Below, one piece after another: positions 24,201-40,500 of a DNA stretch of 64,000 nucleotides (position 1 is its first letter; each line of letters begins with the position of its first letter). Source of the stretch: Eledone cirrhosa (Eukaryota); contig OZ024740.1 of the NCBI GenBank assembly GCA_964016885.1, forward strand, positions 19,158,001 to 19,222,000, in the 5' to 3' direction. The notes under the pieces are model-generated. The model saw only the letters and a list, made by a program, of their open reading frames with translations, was not told where the DNA came from and ran no database searches. The position numbers were made by a program, and so were the translations under genes.

Positions 24201-27200
24201 CCACCAACACTACCTTACCACCAACAATACCTTACCACCAACACTACATTACCACCAACACTACCTTACCACCAACACTACCTTAGCACCAACACTACCT
24301 TACCACCAACACTACCACCAACACGACATTACCACCAACACTAGCTTACAACCAACACTACCTTACCACGAACACTGTCTTACCACCAACACTACCTTAC
24401 CACCAACACAATCTTACCACCAACACTACCTTACCACCTACACTACCATACTACGAACACTATCTTACCACCAACACTACCTTACCACCAACACTAGCTT
24501 ACAAACAACACTACCTTAAGACCAACACTACATTACCACCAACACTACATTACCACCAACACTACCTTACCACCAACACTGTCTTACCACCAACACTACC
24601 TTACCACCAACACTACCTTACCACCAACACTACCTTACCACCAACACTACCTTACCACCTACACTACCTTACCACCAACACTACCTTACTAACAACACTG
24701 CATTACCAACAACATTGTCTTACCACCATAACCACCTTACCACCAACACTACCTTACCACCAACATTGTCTTACCACCAACACTATCTTACCACCAACAC
24801 TATCTTATCACCAACACTGTCTTACCACCAACACTACCTTACCAGCAACACTACCTTACTACCAACACTACTTTACCACCAACACTACCTTACCACCAAT
24901 ACTATCTTACACCAACATTGTCTTACCACCAACACTACCTTACCACCAACACTAAATTACCACATACGCTACATTACCACCAACACTATCTTACCACCTA
25001 CACTACCTTACCACCAACACTACGTTACCACCAACACTACCTTACCACCAACACTGTCTTACCAACAACACTATCTTACCACCAACACTACCTTACCAAC
25101 AACACTAGCTTACCACCAACACTATCTTACCACCAACACTACGTTACCACCAACACTGTCTTACCACCAACACTACCTTACCACCAACACTATCTTACCA
25201 CAAACACTACCTTACCACCAACACTACCTTACCACCAACACTACCTTACCACCAACACTGTCTTACCACCAACACTGTCTTACCACCAACACTGTCTTAC
25301 CACCAACACTACCTTACCACCAACACTACCTTACCACCAACACTACATTACCACCAACACTACTATACAACCAACACTGTCTTACCACCAACACTACCTT
25401 ACCACCAAGACTACCTTACCACCAACACTACCTTACCACCAACACTACCTTACTACCAACACTACCTTACCACCAACACTACCTTACCACCAACACTGTC
25501 TTACCACCAACATTACCTTACCACCACCACTGACTTACCACCAACACTACCTTACCACCAACACTACCTTAGCACAAACACTGTCTTACCACCAACACTA
25601 TCTTACCAACAACAATATCTTACCACCAACACTATCTTACCACCAACACTACCTTACCACAAACACTATCTTACCACCAACACTATCTTACCACCAACAC
25701 TGTCTTACCACCAACACTATCTTACCACCAACACTACCTTACCACAAACACTACCATAACACCAACACTACCGTACCACCAACACTACCTTACCACCAAC
25801 ACTAACTTACCACCAACACTGTCTTACCACCAACACTATCTTACCACCAACACTGTCTTACCACCAACACTACCTTACCACCAACACTACCTTACCACCA
25901 ACACTATCTTACCACCAACACTACCTTACGACCAACACTACCTTACCACCAACACTACCTTATCACTAACATTTCCCCAACACTGTCTTACCACCAACAC
26001 TATCTTACCACCAACACTACCTTACCACCAACACTACCATATCACAAACACTGTTCTACAACCAACACTGACTTACCACCCACACTACCTTACCACCAAC
26101 ACTGTCTTACCACTAACACTGTCTTACCACCCACACTACCTTACCACCAACACTATCTTACCACCCACACTACCTTACCACCAACACTATCTTACCACCA
26201 ACACTGTCTTACCACCCACACTAGCTTACCACCGACACTATCTTACCACCAACACTATCTTACCACCAACACTACCTTACCACCAACACTGACTTACAAC
26301 CCACACTACCTTACCACCAACACTGTCTTACCACTAACACTGTCTTACCACCCACACTACCTTACCACCAACACTCTCTACCACTAACATTATCTTACCA
26401 CCAACACAGTCTTACCAGCAACACTACCTTACCACCAACACTACTTTACCACCAACACTGTCTTACCACCAACACTACCTTACCACCATTACTATCTTAC
26501 CACCAACACTATCTGACCACCAACACTTTCTTACCACCAGACTACCTTACCTCCAACACTACCTTACCACCAACACTGTATTACCACCAACACTACCTTA
26601 CCACCAACACTATCTTACCACCAACACTATCTTACCACCAACACTAGCTTAAAACCAACACTACCATACCACCAACACTACCTTAACACCCACACTACCT
26701 TACCACCAACACTGTCTTACGACCAACACTACCTTACCACCAACACTACCTTACCACAAACGCTGTCTTACCACCAACACTACATTACCACCAACAGTAT
26801 ATTACCACCAACACTACCTTACCACCAACACTACCTTACCACCAACACTACCTTACCACCAACACTCACTTACCACCAACACTATCTTACCACCAACACT
26901 ACCTTACCACCAACACTACCTTACCACCAACACTACCTTACCACCAACACTCACTTACCACCAACACTACCTTAGCACCAACACTGTCTTACCACCAACA
27001 CTACCTTACCACCATCACTAACTTACAACCAACAATATCTTACCACGAACACTGTCTTACCACCAACACTAACTAATCAACAACATTACCTTACCACCAA
27101 CACTGCATTACCACCAACACTACCACCAACACGACATTACCACCAACACTACCTTACCACCAACACTACCTTACCACCAACACTATCTTACCACCAACAC

Positions 27201-30200
27201 TACCTTACCACCTGCACTACCATAACACCAACACTACCTTACCACCCACACTACCTTCCCACCAACACCATCTTACCACCAACACTGTCTTACCACCAAC
27301 ACTGTCTTACCACCAACACTACCTTACCACCTACACTACCTTACCACCTACACTACCTTACCACCAACACTGTCTTACCACCAACACTACCTTAACACCA
27401 ACACTACATAACCACCAACACTACCTTACCACCAACACTACATTACCACCAACACTACCTTACCACCAACACTACCTTACCACCAACACTACCTTACCAC
27501 CAACACTACTTTACCACCAATACTACCACCAACACGACATTACCACCAACACTAGCTTACCACCAACACTACCTTACCACGAACACTGTCTTACCACCAA
27601 CACTACCTTACCACCAACAATACCTTACCACCAACACTACATTACCACCAACACTACATTACCACCAACACTACCTTACCACCAACACTACCTTACCACC
27701 AACACTACCACCAACACGACATTACCACCAACACTAGCTTACAACCAACACTACCTTACCACGAACACTGTCTTACCACCAACACTACCTTACCACCAAC
27801 ACAATCTTACCACCAACACTACCTTACCACCTACACTACCATACTACGAACACTATCTTACCACCAACACTACCTTACCACCAACACTAGCTTACAAACA
27901 ACACTACCTTAAGACCAACACTACATTACCACCAACACTACATTACCACCAACACTACCTTACCACCAACACTGTCTTACCACCAACACTACCTTACCAC
28001 CAACACTACCTTACCACCAACACTACCTTACCACCAACACTACCTTACCACCTACACTACCTTACCACCAACACTACCTTACTAACAACACTGCATTACC
28101 AACAACATTGTCTTACCACCATAACCACCTTACCACCAACACTACCTTACCACCAACATTGTCTTACCACCAACACTATCTTACCACCAACACTATCTTA
28201 CCACCAACACTGTCTTACCACCAACACTACCTTACCAGCAACACTACCTTACTACCAACACTACTTTACCACCAACATTACCTTACCACCAATACTATCT
28301 TACACCAACATTGTCTTACCACCAACACTACCTTACCACCAACACTAAATTACCACATACGCTACATTACCACCAACACTATCTTACCACCTACACTACC
28401 TTACCACCAACACTACGTTACCACCAACACTACCTTACCACCAACACTGTCTTACCAACAACACTATCTTACCACCAACACTACCTTACCAACAACACTA
28501 GCTTACCACCAACACTATCTTACCACCAACACTACGTTACCACCAACACTGTCTTACCACCAACACTACCTTACCACCAACACTATCTTACCACAAACAC
28601 TACCTTACCACCAACACTACCTTACCACCAACACTACCTTACCACCAACACTGTCTTACCACCAACACTGTCTTACCACCAACACTACCTTACCACCAAC
28701 ACTACCTTACCACCAACACTACCTTACCACCAACACTACATTACCACCAACACTACTATACAACCAACACTGTCTTACCACCAACACTACCTTACCACCA
28801 AGACTACCTTACCACCAACACTACCTTACCACCAACACTACCTTACTACCAACACTACCTTACCACCAACACTACCTTACCACCAACACTGTCTTACCAC
28901 CAACATTACCTTACCACCACCACTGACTTACCACCAACACTACCTTACCACCAACACTACCTTAGCACAAACACTGTCTTACCACCAACACTATCTTACC
29001 AACAACAATATCTTACCACCAACACTATCTTACCACCAACACTACCTTACCACAAACACTATCTTACCACCAACACTATCTTACCACCAACACTGTCTTA
29101 CCACCAACACTATCTTACCACCAACACTACCTTACCACAAACACTACCATAACACCAACACTACCGTACCACCAACACTACCTTACCACCAACACTAACT
29201 TACCACCAACACTGTCTTACCACCAACACTATCTTACCACCAACACTGTCTTACCACCAACACTACCTTACCACCAACACTACCTTACCACCAACACTAT
29301 CTTACCACCAACACTACCTTACGACCAACACTACCTTACCACCAACACTACCTTATCACTAACATTTCCCCAACACTGTCTTACCACCAACACTATCTTA
29401 CCACCAACACTACCTTACCACCAACACTACCATATCACAAACACTGTTCTACAACCAACACTGACTTACCACCCACACTACCTTACCACCAACACTGTCT
29501 TACCACTAACACTGTCTTACCACCCACACTACCTTACCACCAACACTATCTTACCACCAACACTGTCTTACCACCAACACTACCTTACCACCAACACTAT
29601 CTTACCACCAACACTATCTTACCACCCACACTACCTTACCACCAACACTATCTTACCACCAACACTGTCTTACCACCCACACTAGCTTACCACCGACACT
29701 ATCTTACCACCAACACTATCTTACCACCAACACTACCTTACCACCAACACTGACTTACAACCCACACTACCTTACCACCAACACTGTCTTACCACTAACA
29801 CTGTCTTACCACCCACACTACCTTACCACCAACACTCTCTACCACTAACATTATCTTACCACCAACACAGTCTTACCAGCAACACTACCTTACCACCAAC
29901 ACTACTTTACCACCAACACTGTCTTACCACCAACACTACCTTACCACCATTACTATCTTACCACCAACACTATCTGACCACCAACACTTTCTTACCACCA
30001 GACTACCTTACCTCCAACACTACCTTACCACCAACACTGTATTACCACCAACACTACCTTACCACCAACACTATCTTACCACCAACACTATCTTACCACC
30101 AACACTAGCTTAAAACCAACACTACCATACCACCAACACTACCTTAACACCCACACTACCTTACCACAAACGCTGTCTTACCACCAACACTACATTACCA

Positions 30201-31960
30201 CCAACAGTATATTACCACCAACACTACCTTACCACCAACACTACCTTACCACCAACACTACCTTACCACCAACACTCACTTACCACCAACACTGTCTTAC
30301 CACCAACACTATCTTACCACCAACACTACCTTACCACCATCACTAACTTACAACCAACAATATCTTACCACGAACACTGTCTTGCCACCAACACTAACTT
30401 ACCTACAACATTACCTTACCACCAACACTACATTACCACCAACACTACCACCAACACGACATTACCACCAACACTACCTTACCACCAACACTACCTTACC
30501 ACCAACACTATCTTACCACCAACACTACCTTACCACCTGCACTACCATAACACCAACACTACCTTACCACCCACACTACCTTCCCACCAACACCATCTTA
30601 CCACCAACACTGTCTTACCACCAACACTGTCTTACCACCAACACTACCTTACCACCTACGCTACCTTACCACCTACACTACCTTACCACCAACACTGTCT
30701 TACCACCAACACTACCTTAACACCAACACTACATAACCACCAACACTACCTTACCACCAACACTACATTACCACCAACACTACCTTACCACCAACACTAC
30801 CTTACCACCAACACTACCTTACCACCAACACTACTTTACCACCAATACTACCACCAACACGACATTACCACCAACACTAGCTTACCACCAACACTACCTT
30901 ACCACGAACACTGTCTTACCACCAACACTACCTTACCACCAACAATACCTTACCACCAACACTACATTACCACCAACACTACCTTACCACCAACACTCCC
31001 TTACCACCAACACTACCTTACCACCAACACTACCACCAACACGACATTACCACCAACACTAGCTTACAACCAACACTACCTTACCACGAACACTGTCTTA
31101 CCACCAACACTACCTTACCACCAACACAACCTTACCACCAACACTACCTTACCACCTACACTACCATACTACGAACACTATCTTACCACCAACACTACCT
31201 TACCACCAACACTAGCTTACAAACAACACTACCTTAAGACCAACACTACATTACCACCAACACTACATTACCACCAACACTACCTTACCACCAACACTGT
31301 CTTACCACCAACACTACCTTACCACCAACACTACCTTACCACCAACACTACCTTACCACCAACACTACCTTACCACCTACACTACCTTACCACCAACACT
31401 ACCTTACTAACAACACTGCATTACCAACAACATTGTCTTACCACCATAACCACCTTACCACCAACACTACCTTACCACCAACATTGTCTTACCACCAACA
31501 CTATCTTACCACCAACACTATCTTACCACCAACACTGTCTTACCACCAACACTACCTTACCAGCAACACTACCTTACTACCAACACTACTTTACCACCAA
31601 CACTACCTTACCACCAATACTATCTTACACCAACATTGTCTTACCACCAACACTACCTTACCACCAACACTAAATTACCACATACGCTACATTACCACCA
31701 ACACTATCTTACCACCTACACTACCTTACCACCAACACTACGTTACCACCAACACTACCTTACCACCAACACTGTCTTACCAACAACACTATCTTACCAA
31801 CAACACTACCTTACCAACAACACTAGCTTACCACCAACACTATCTTACCACCAACACTACGTTACCACCAACACTGTCTTACCACCAACACTACCTTACC
31901 ACCAACACTATCTTACCACAAACACTACCTTACCACCAACACTACCTTACCAGCAACACT
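15250..31960. repeat. Higher-order repeat A: ~5 copies of a ~3.4-kb (~200-monomer) unit
   Basis: The landmark ttgtcttaccaccataaccacc occurs at 18099, 21237, 24715, 28108, 31433. catttcccca occurs at ~15961, 19354, 22475, 25970, 29363. Confidence 0.92.
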
Positions 31961-34599
31961 ACCTTACCACCAACACTGTCTTACCACCAACACTGTTTTA
32001 CCACCAACACTGTTTTACCATCAACACTATCTTAATCCAACACTATCTTACCACCAACACTACCTTAAAACCAACACTACCATACCACCAACACTACCTT
32101 AACACACACACTACATTACCATCTACACTACCTTACCACCAACACTGTCTTACCACCAACACTACCTTACTACCAACACTACCTTACCACCAACAATGTC
32201 TTACCACCAACACTATATTACCACCAACACTATATTACCACCAACACTACATTAACACCTACACTACCTTACCACCAACACTACCTTACCACCAACACTA
32301 CCTTACCAGCAACACTGTCTTACCACCATCACTGTCTTACCACCGACACTAACTTACCACCAACACTACGTTACCACCAACACTACGTTACCATCAACAC
32401 TAACTTACCAGCAACATTACCTTACCACCAACACTACCTTACCACCAACACAACCTTACCACCAACACTCTCTTACCACCTACACTACCATACCAAGAAC
32501 ACTATCTTACCACCATCACTAACTTACCACCAACACTAGCTTACCAACAACACTACCTTAAGACCAACACTACATTACCACCAACACTACCTTACCACCA
32601 ACACTGTCTTACCACCAACACTACCTTACCACCAACACTACCTTACCACCAACACTACCTTACCACCAACACTACCTTACCACCAACACTACCATACCAC
32701 CTACACTACCTTACCACCAACACTACCTTACCACCTACACTACTGTACCACCAACACTACGTTACCACCAACACTACCTTACTAACAACACTACGTTACC
32801 AACAACGTTGTCTTACCACCATAACTACCTTACCACCTACACTACCTTACCACCAACACTGTCTTACCACCAACACTACCTTACCACCAACACTACTTTA
32901 AGACCAACACTACCTTACCACCAACACTACCTTACCACTAACACTACCTTACCACTAACACTACCTTACCACCAACACTGTCTTACCACCAACACTGTCT
33001 TACCACCAACACTGTCTTACCACCAACACTATCTTACCACCAACACTATCTTACCACCAACACTATCTTACCACTAACACTACCTTACCACCAACACTGT
33101 CTTAACACCAACACTACTTTACCACCAACACTACCTTAACACACACACTACATTACCACCTACACTACCTTACCGCCAACACTACGTTACCACCAACACT
33201 ACCTTACCACCAACACTGTCTTACCAACAACACTATCTTACCACCAACACTACCTTACCAACAACACTAGCTTACCACCAACACTATCTTACCACCAACA
33301 CTACGTTACCACCAACACTGTCTTACCACCAACACTACCTTACCACCAACACTATCTTACCACAAACACTACCTTACCACCAACACTACCTTACCACCAA
33401 CACTACCTTACCACCAACACTGTCTTACCACCAACACTGTTTTACCACCAACACTGTTTTACCATCAACACTATCTTAATCCAACACTATCTTACCACCA
33501 ACACTACCTTAAAACCAACACTACCATACCACCAACACTACCTTAACACACACACTACATTACCACCTACACTACCTAAACCACCAACACTGTCTTACCA
33601 CCAACACTACCTTACCACCAACACTACCTTACCACCAACAATGTCTTACCACCAACACTATATTACCACCAACACTATATTACCACCAACACTACATTAA
33701 CACCTACACTAGCTTGCCACCAACACTACCTTACCACCAACACTACCTTACCACCAACACTGTCTTACCACCATCACTGTCTTACCACCGACACTAACTT
33801 ACCACCAACACTACGTTACCACCAACACTACGTTACCATCAACACTGACTTACCACCAACACTGTCTTACCACCAACACTATCTTACCACCAACACTACC
33901 TTACCACCAACACTACCTTACCACCTACACTACCTTACCACGAACACTGTCTTACCACCAACACTAACTTACCAGCAACACTATCTTACCACCAACACTA
34001 CCTTAAAACCAACACTACCATACCACCAACACTACCTTACCACCAACACAACCTTACCACCAACACTACCTTACCACCTACACTACCATACCACAAACAC
34101 TATCTTACCACCAACACTAGCTTACCAACAACACTACCTTAAGACCAACACTACCTTACCACCAACACTACCTTACCACCAACACTACCTTACCACCAAC
34201 GCTACCTTACCACCAACACTGTCTTACCACTAACACTATCTTACCACCAACACTACCTTACCACCAACACTGTCTTACCACCAACACTACCTTACCACCA
34301 CCACTACCTTACCACTAACACTACCTTACCACCAACACTACCTTACCACCAACACTACCTTACCACTAACACTATCTTTCCACCTAACACTACCTTACCA
34401 CCAACACTATCATACCACCAACACTATCATACCACCAACACTATCATACCACCAACACTACCTTAAAACCAACACTACCATACCACCAACACTACCTTAA
34501 CACACACACTACATTACCACCTACACTACCTTACCAACAACACTGTCTTACCACCAACACTACCTTACCACCAACACTACTTTACCACCAACACTGTCT

Positions 34600-37500
34600 T
34601 ACCACCAACACTATAGTACCACCAACACTATATTAACACCAACACTAACCTTACCACCGTCACTACCTTACCACCAACACTACCTTACCACCTACACTAC
34701 CTTACCACCAACACTGTCTTACCACCAACACTACCTTACCACCAATACTACTTTAAGACCAACACTACCTTACCACCAACACTACCTTACCACTAACACT
34801 ACCTTACCACCAACACTAGCTTACCATCAACACTACCTTAAGACCAACACTACATTACCACCAACACTACCTTACCACCAACACTATCTTACCACCAACA
34901 CTACCTTACTACCAACACTACCTTACCACCAACACTACCTTACCATCAACACTACCTTACCACCAACACTACCTTACCACCAACACTACCTTACCACAAC
35001 ACTACCTTACCACCAACACTACCTTACCACTAACACTACCTTACCACCAACACTGTCTTACCACCAACACTATCTTACCACCAACACTACCTTACCACCA
35101 ACACTGTCTTACCACCAACACTACCTTACACCAACACTATCTTACCACCAACACTATCTTACCACCAACACTACCTTACCTCCAACACTGTCTTACCACC
35201 AACCCTACCTTACCACCAACACTACCTTACCACCAACACTACCTTACCACCAACACTGTCTTACCACCAACACTACTTTACCACCAACACTGTCTTACCA
35301 CCAACACTAACTTACCACCAACACTACCTTACCACCAACACTATCTTACCACCTACACTACCTTACCACCAACACTGTCTTACCACCAACACTACCTTAC
35401 CACCAACACTACCTTACCACCAACACTACCTTACCACCAACACTACCTTACCACCAACACTACCTTACCACCAACACTACCTTACCACCAACACTGTCTT
35501 ACCACCAACACCACCTTACCACCAACACTACCTTACCACAAACACTACCTTACTTCCAACACTACCTTACCACCAACACTATCTTACCACCAACACTGTC
35601 TTACCACCAACACTACCTTACCACCAACACTACCTTACCACCAACACTGTCTTACCACCAACACTACCTTACCACCAACACTATCTTACCACCAACACTA
35701 CCTTACCACCAACACTGTCTTACCACCAACACTACCTTACCACCAACACTTCCTTACCACCAACACTATCTTACCACCTACACTACCTTACCACCAACAC
35801 TGTCTTACCACCAATACTACCTTACCACCAACACTATCTTACCACCAACACTACCTTACCACCAACACTATCTTACCACCAACACTACCTTACCACCAAC
35901 ACTGTCTTACCACCAACACTACCTTACCACCAACACTACCTTACTACCAACACTACCTTACCACCAACACTACCTTACCACCAACACTACCTTACCACCA
36001 ACACTACCTTACCACCAACACTACCTTACCACCAACCCTACCTTACCACCAACACTACCTTACCACCAACACTATCTTACCACCAACACTACCTTACCAC
36101 CAACACTACCTTACCACCAACACTACCTTACCACCAACACTACCTTACCACCAACACTACCTTACCACCAACACTGTCTTACCACCAACACTACCTTACC
36201 ACCAACACTACCTTACTACCAACACTACCTTACCACTAACACTACCTTACCACCAACACTACCTTACCACCAACACTACCTTACCACCAACACTACCTTA
36301 CCACCAACACTACCTTACCACTAACACTACCTTACCACCAACACTACCCTACCACCAACACTACCTTACCACCAACACTATCTTACCACCAACACTACCT
36401 TACCACCAACACTGTCTTACCACCAACACTACCTTACCACCAACACTATCTTACCACCAACACTATCTTACCACCAACACTACCTTACCACCAACACAGT
36501 CTTACCACCAACCCTACCTTACCACCAACCCTACCTTACCACCAACACTACCTTACCACCAACACTATCTTACCACCAACACTACCTTACCACCAACACT
36601 GTCTTACCACCAACACTACCTTACCACCAATACTACCTTACCACCAACACTACCTTACCACCAACACTACCTTACCACCAACACTACCTTACCACCAACA
36701 CTACCTTACCACTAACGCTACCTTACCACCAACACTACCCTACCACCAACACCTTACCTTACCACCAACACTGTCTTACCACCAACACTACCTTACCACC
36801 AACACTGTCTTACCACCAACACTACCTTACCACCAACACTGTCTTACCACCAACACTACCTTACCACCAACACTACCTTACCACCAACACTGTCTTACCA
36901 CCAACACTACCTTACCACCAACACTACCTTACCACCAACACTACCTTACCACCAACACTGTCTTACCACCAACACTACCTTACCACCAACACTACCTTAC
37001 CACCAACACTACCTTACTACCAACACTACCTTACCACCAACACTACCTTACCACCAACACTATCTTACCACCAACACTACCTTACTACCAACACTACCTT
37101 ACCACCAACACTACCTTACCATCAAAACTACCTTACCACCAACACTACCTTACCACCAACACTACCTTACCACCAACACTACCTTACCACCAACACTACC
37201 TTACCACTAACACTACCTTACCACCAACACTGTCTTACCACCAACACTATCTTACCACCAACACTACCATACCACCAACACTGTCTTACCACCAACACTA
37301 TAGTACCACCAACACTATATTAACACCAACACTAACCTTACCACCGTCACTACCTTACCACCAACACTACCTTACCACCTACACTACCTTACCACCAACA
37401 CTGTCTTACCACCAACACTACCTTACCACCAATACTACTTTAAGACCAACACTACCTTACCACCAACACTACCTTACCACTAACACTACCTTACCACCAA

Positions 37501-40500
37501 CACTAGCTTACCATCAACACTACCTTAAGACCAACACTACATTACCACCAACACTACCTTACCACCAACACTATCTTACCACCAACACTACCTTACTACC
37601 AACACTACCTTACCACCAACACTACCTTACCATCAACACTACCTTACCACCAACACTACCTTACCACCAACACTACCTTACCACAACACTACCTTACCAC
37701 CAACACTACCTTACCACTAACACTACCTTACCACCAACACTGTCTTACCACCAACACTATCTTACCACCAACACTACCTTACCACCAACACTGTCTTACC
37801 ACCAACACTACCTTACACCAACACTATCTTACCACCAACACTATCTTACCACCAACACTACCTTACCTCCAACACTGTCTTACCACCAACCCTACCTTAC
37901 CACCAACACTACCTTACCACCAACACTACCTTACCACCAACACTGTCTTACCACCAACACTACTTTACCACCAACACTGTCTTACCACCAACACTAACTT
38001 ACCACCAACACTACCTTACCACCAACACTATCTTACCACCTACACTACCTTACCACCAACACTGTCTTACCACCAACACTACCTTACCACCAACACTACC
38101 TTACCACCAACACTACCTTACCACCAACACTACCTTACCACCAACACTACCTTACCACCAACACTACCTTACCACCAACACTGTCTTACCACCAACACCA
38201 CCTTACCACCAACACTACCTTACCACAAACACTACCTTACTACCAACACTACCTTACCACCAACACTATCTTACCACCAACACTGTCTTACCACCAACAC
38301 TACCTTACCACCAACACTACCTTACCACCAACACTGTCTTACCACCAACACTACCTTACCACCAACACTATCTTACCACCAACACTACCTTACCACCAAC
38401 ACTGTCTTACCACCAACACTACCTTACCACCAACACTTCCTTACCACCAACACTATCTTACCACCTACACTACCTTACCACCAACACTGTCTTACCACCA
38501 ATACTACCTTACCACCAACACTATCTTACCACCAACACTACCTTACCACCAACACTATCTTACCACCAACACTACCTTACCACCAACACTGTCTTACCAC
38601 CAACACTACCTTACCACCAACACTACCTTACTACCAACACTACCTTACCACCAACACTACCTTACCACCAACACTACCTTACCACCAACACTACCTTACC
38701 ACCAACACTACCTTACCACCAACCCTACCTTACCACCAACACTACCTTACCACCAACACTATCTTACCACCAACACTACCTTACCACCAACACTACCTTA
38801 CCACCAACACTACCTTACCACCAACACTACCTTACCACCAACACTACCTTACCACCAACACTACCTTACCACCAACACTGTCTTACCACCAACACTACCT
38901 TACCACCAACACTACCTTACTACCAACACTACCTTACCACTAACACTACCTTACCACCAACACTACCTTACCACCAACACTACCTTACCACCAACACTAC
39001 CTTACCACCAACACTACCTTACCACTAACACTACCTTACCACCAACACTACCCTACCACCAACACTACCTTACCACCAACACTATCTTACCACCAACACT
39101 ACCTTACCACCAACACTGTCTTACCACCAACACTACCTTACCACCAACACTATCTTACCACCAACACTATCTTACCACCAACACTACCTTACCACCAACA
39201 CAGTCTTACCACCAACCCTACCTTACCACCAACCCTACCTTACCACCAACACTACCTTACCACCAACACTATCTTACCACCAACACTACCTTACCACCAA
39301 CACTGTCTTACCACCAACACTACCTTACCACCAATACTACCTTACCACCAACACTACCTTACCACCAACACTACCTTACCACCAACACTACCTTACCACC
39401 AACACTACCTTACCACTAACGCTACCTTACCACCAACACTACCCTACCACCAACACCTTAGCTTACCACCAACACTGTCTTACCACCAACACTACCTTAC
39501 CACCAACACTGTCTTACCACCAACACTACCTTACCACCAACACTGTCTTACCACCAACACTACCTTACCACCAACACTACCTTACCACCAACACTGTCTT
39601 ACCACCAACACTACCTTACCACCAACACTACCTTACCACCAACACTACCTTACCACCAACACTGTCTTACCACCAACACTACCTTACCACCAACACTACC
39701 TTACCACCAACACTACCTTACTACCAACACTACCTTACCACCAACACTACCTTACCACCAACACTATCTTACCACCAACACTACCTTACTACCAACACTA
39801 CCTTACCACCAACACTACCTTACCATCAACACTACCTTACCACCAACACTACCTTACCACCAACACTACCTTACCACCAACACTACCTTACCACCAACAC
39901 TACCTTACCACTAACACTACCTTACCACCAACACTGTCTTACCACCAACACTATCTTACCACCAACACTACCATACCACCAACACTATCTTACCACCAAC
40001 ACTACCTTACCACCAACACTATCTTACCACCAACACTATCTTACCACCAACACTAACTTACCACCAACACTGTCTTACCACCAACCCTACCTTACCACCA
40101 ACACTACCTTACCACCAACACTACGTTACCACCAACACTGTCTTACCACCAACACTACTTTACCACCAACACTGTCTTACCACCAACACTAACTTACCAC
40201 CAACACTACCTTACCACCAACACTATCTTACCACCTACACTACCTTACCACCAACACTGTCTTACCACCAACACTACCTTACCACCAACACTGTCTTACC
40301 ACCAACACTGTCTTACCACTAACACTATCTTACCACCAACACTACCTTACCACCAACACTGTCTTACCACCAACACTATCTTACCACCAACACTACCTTA
40401 CCACCAACACTGTCTTATCACCAACACTACCTTACCACCAACACTACCTTACCACCAACATTACCTTACTACCAACACTACCTTACCACCAACACTACCT

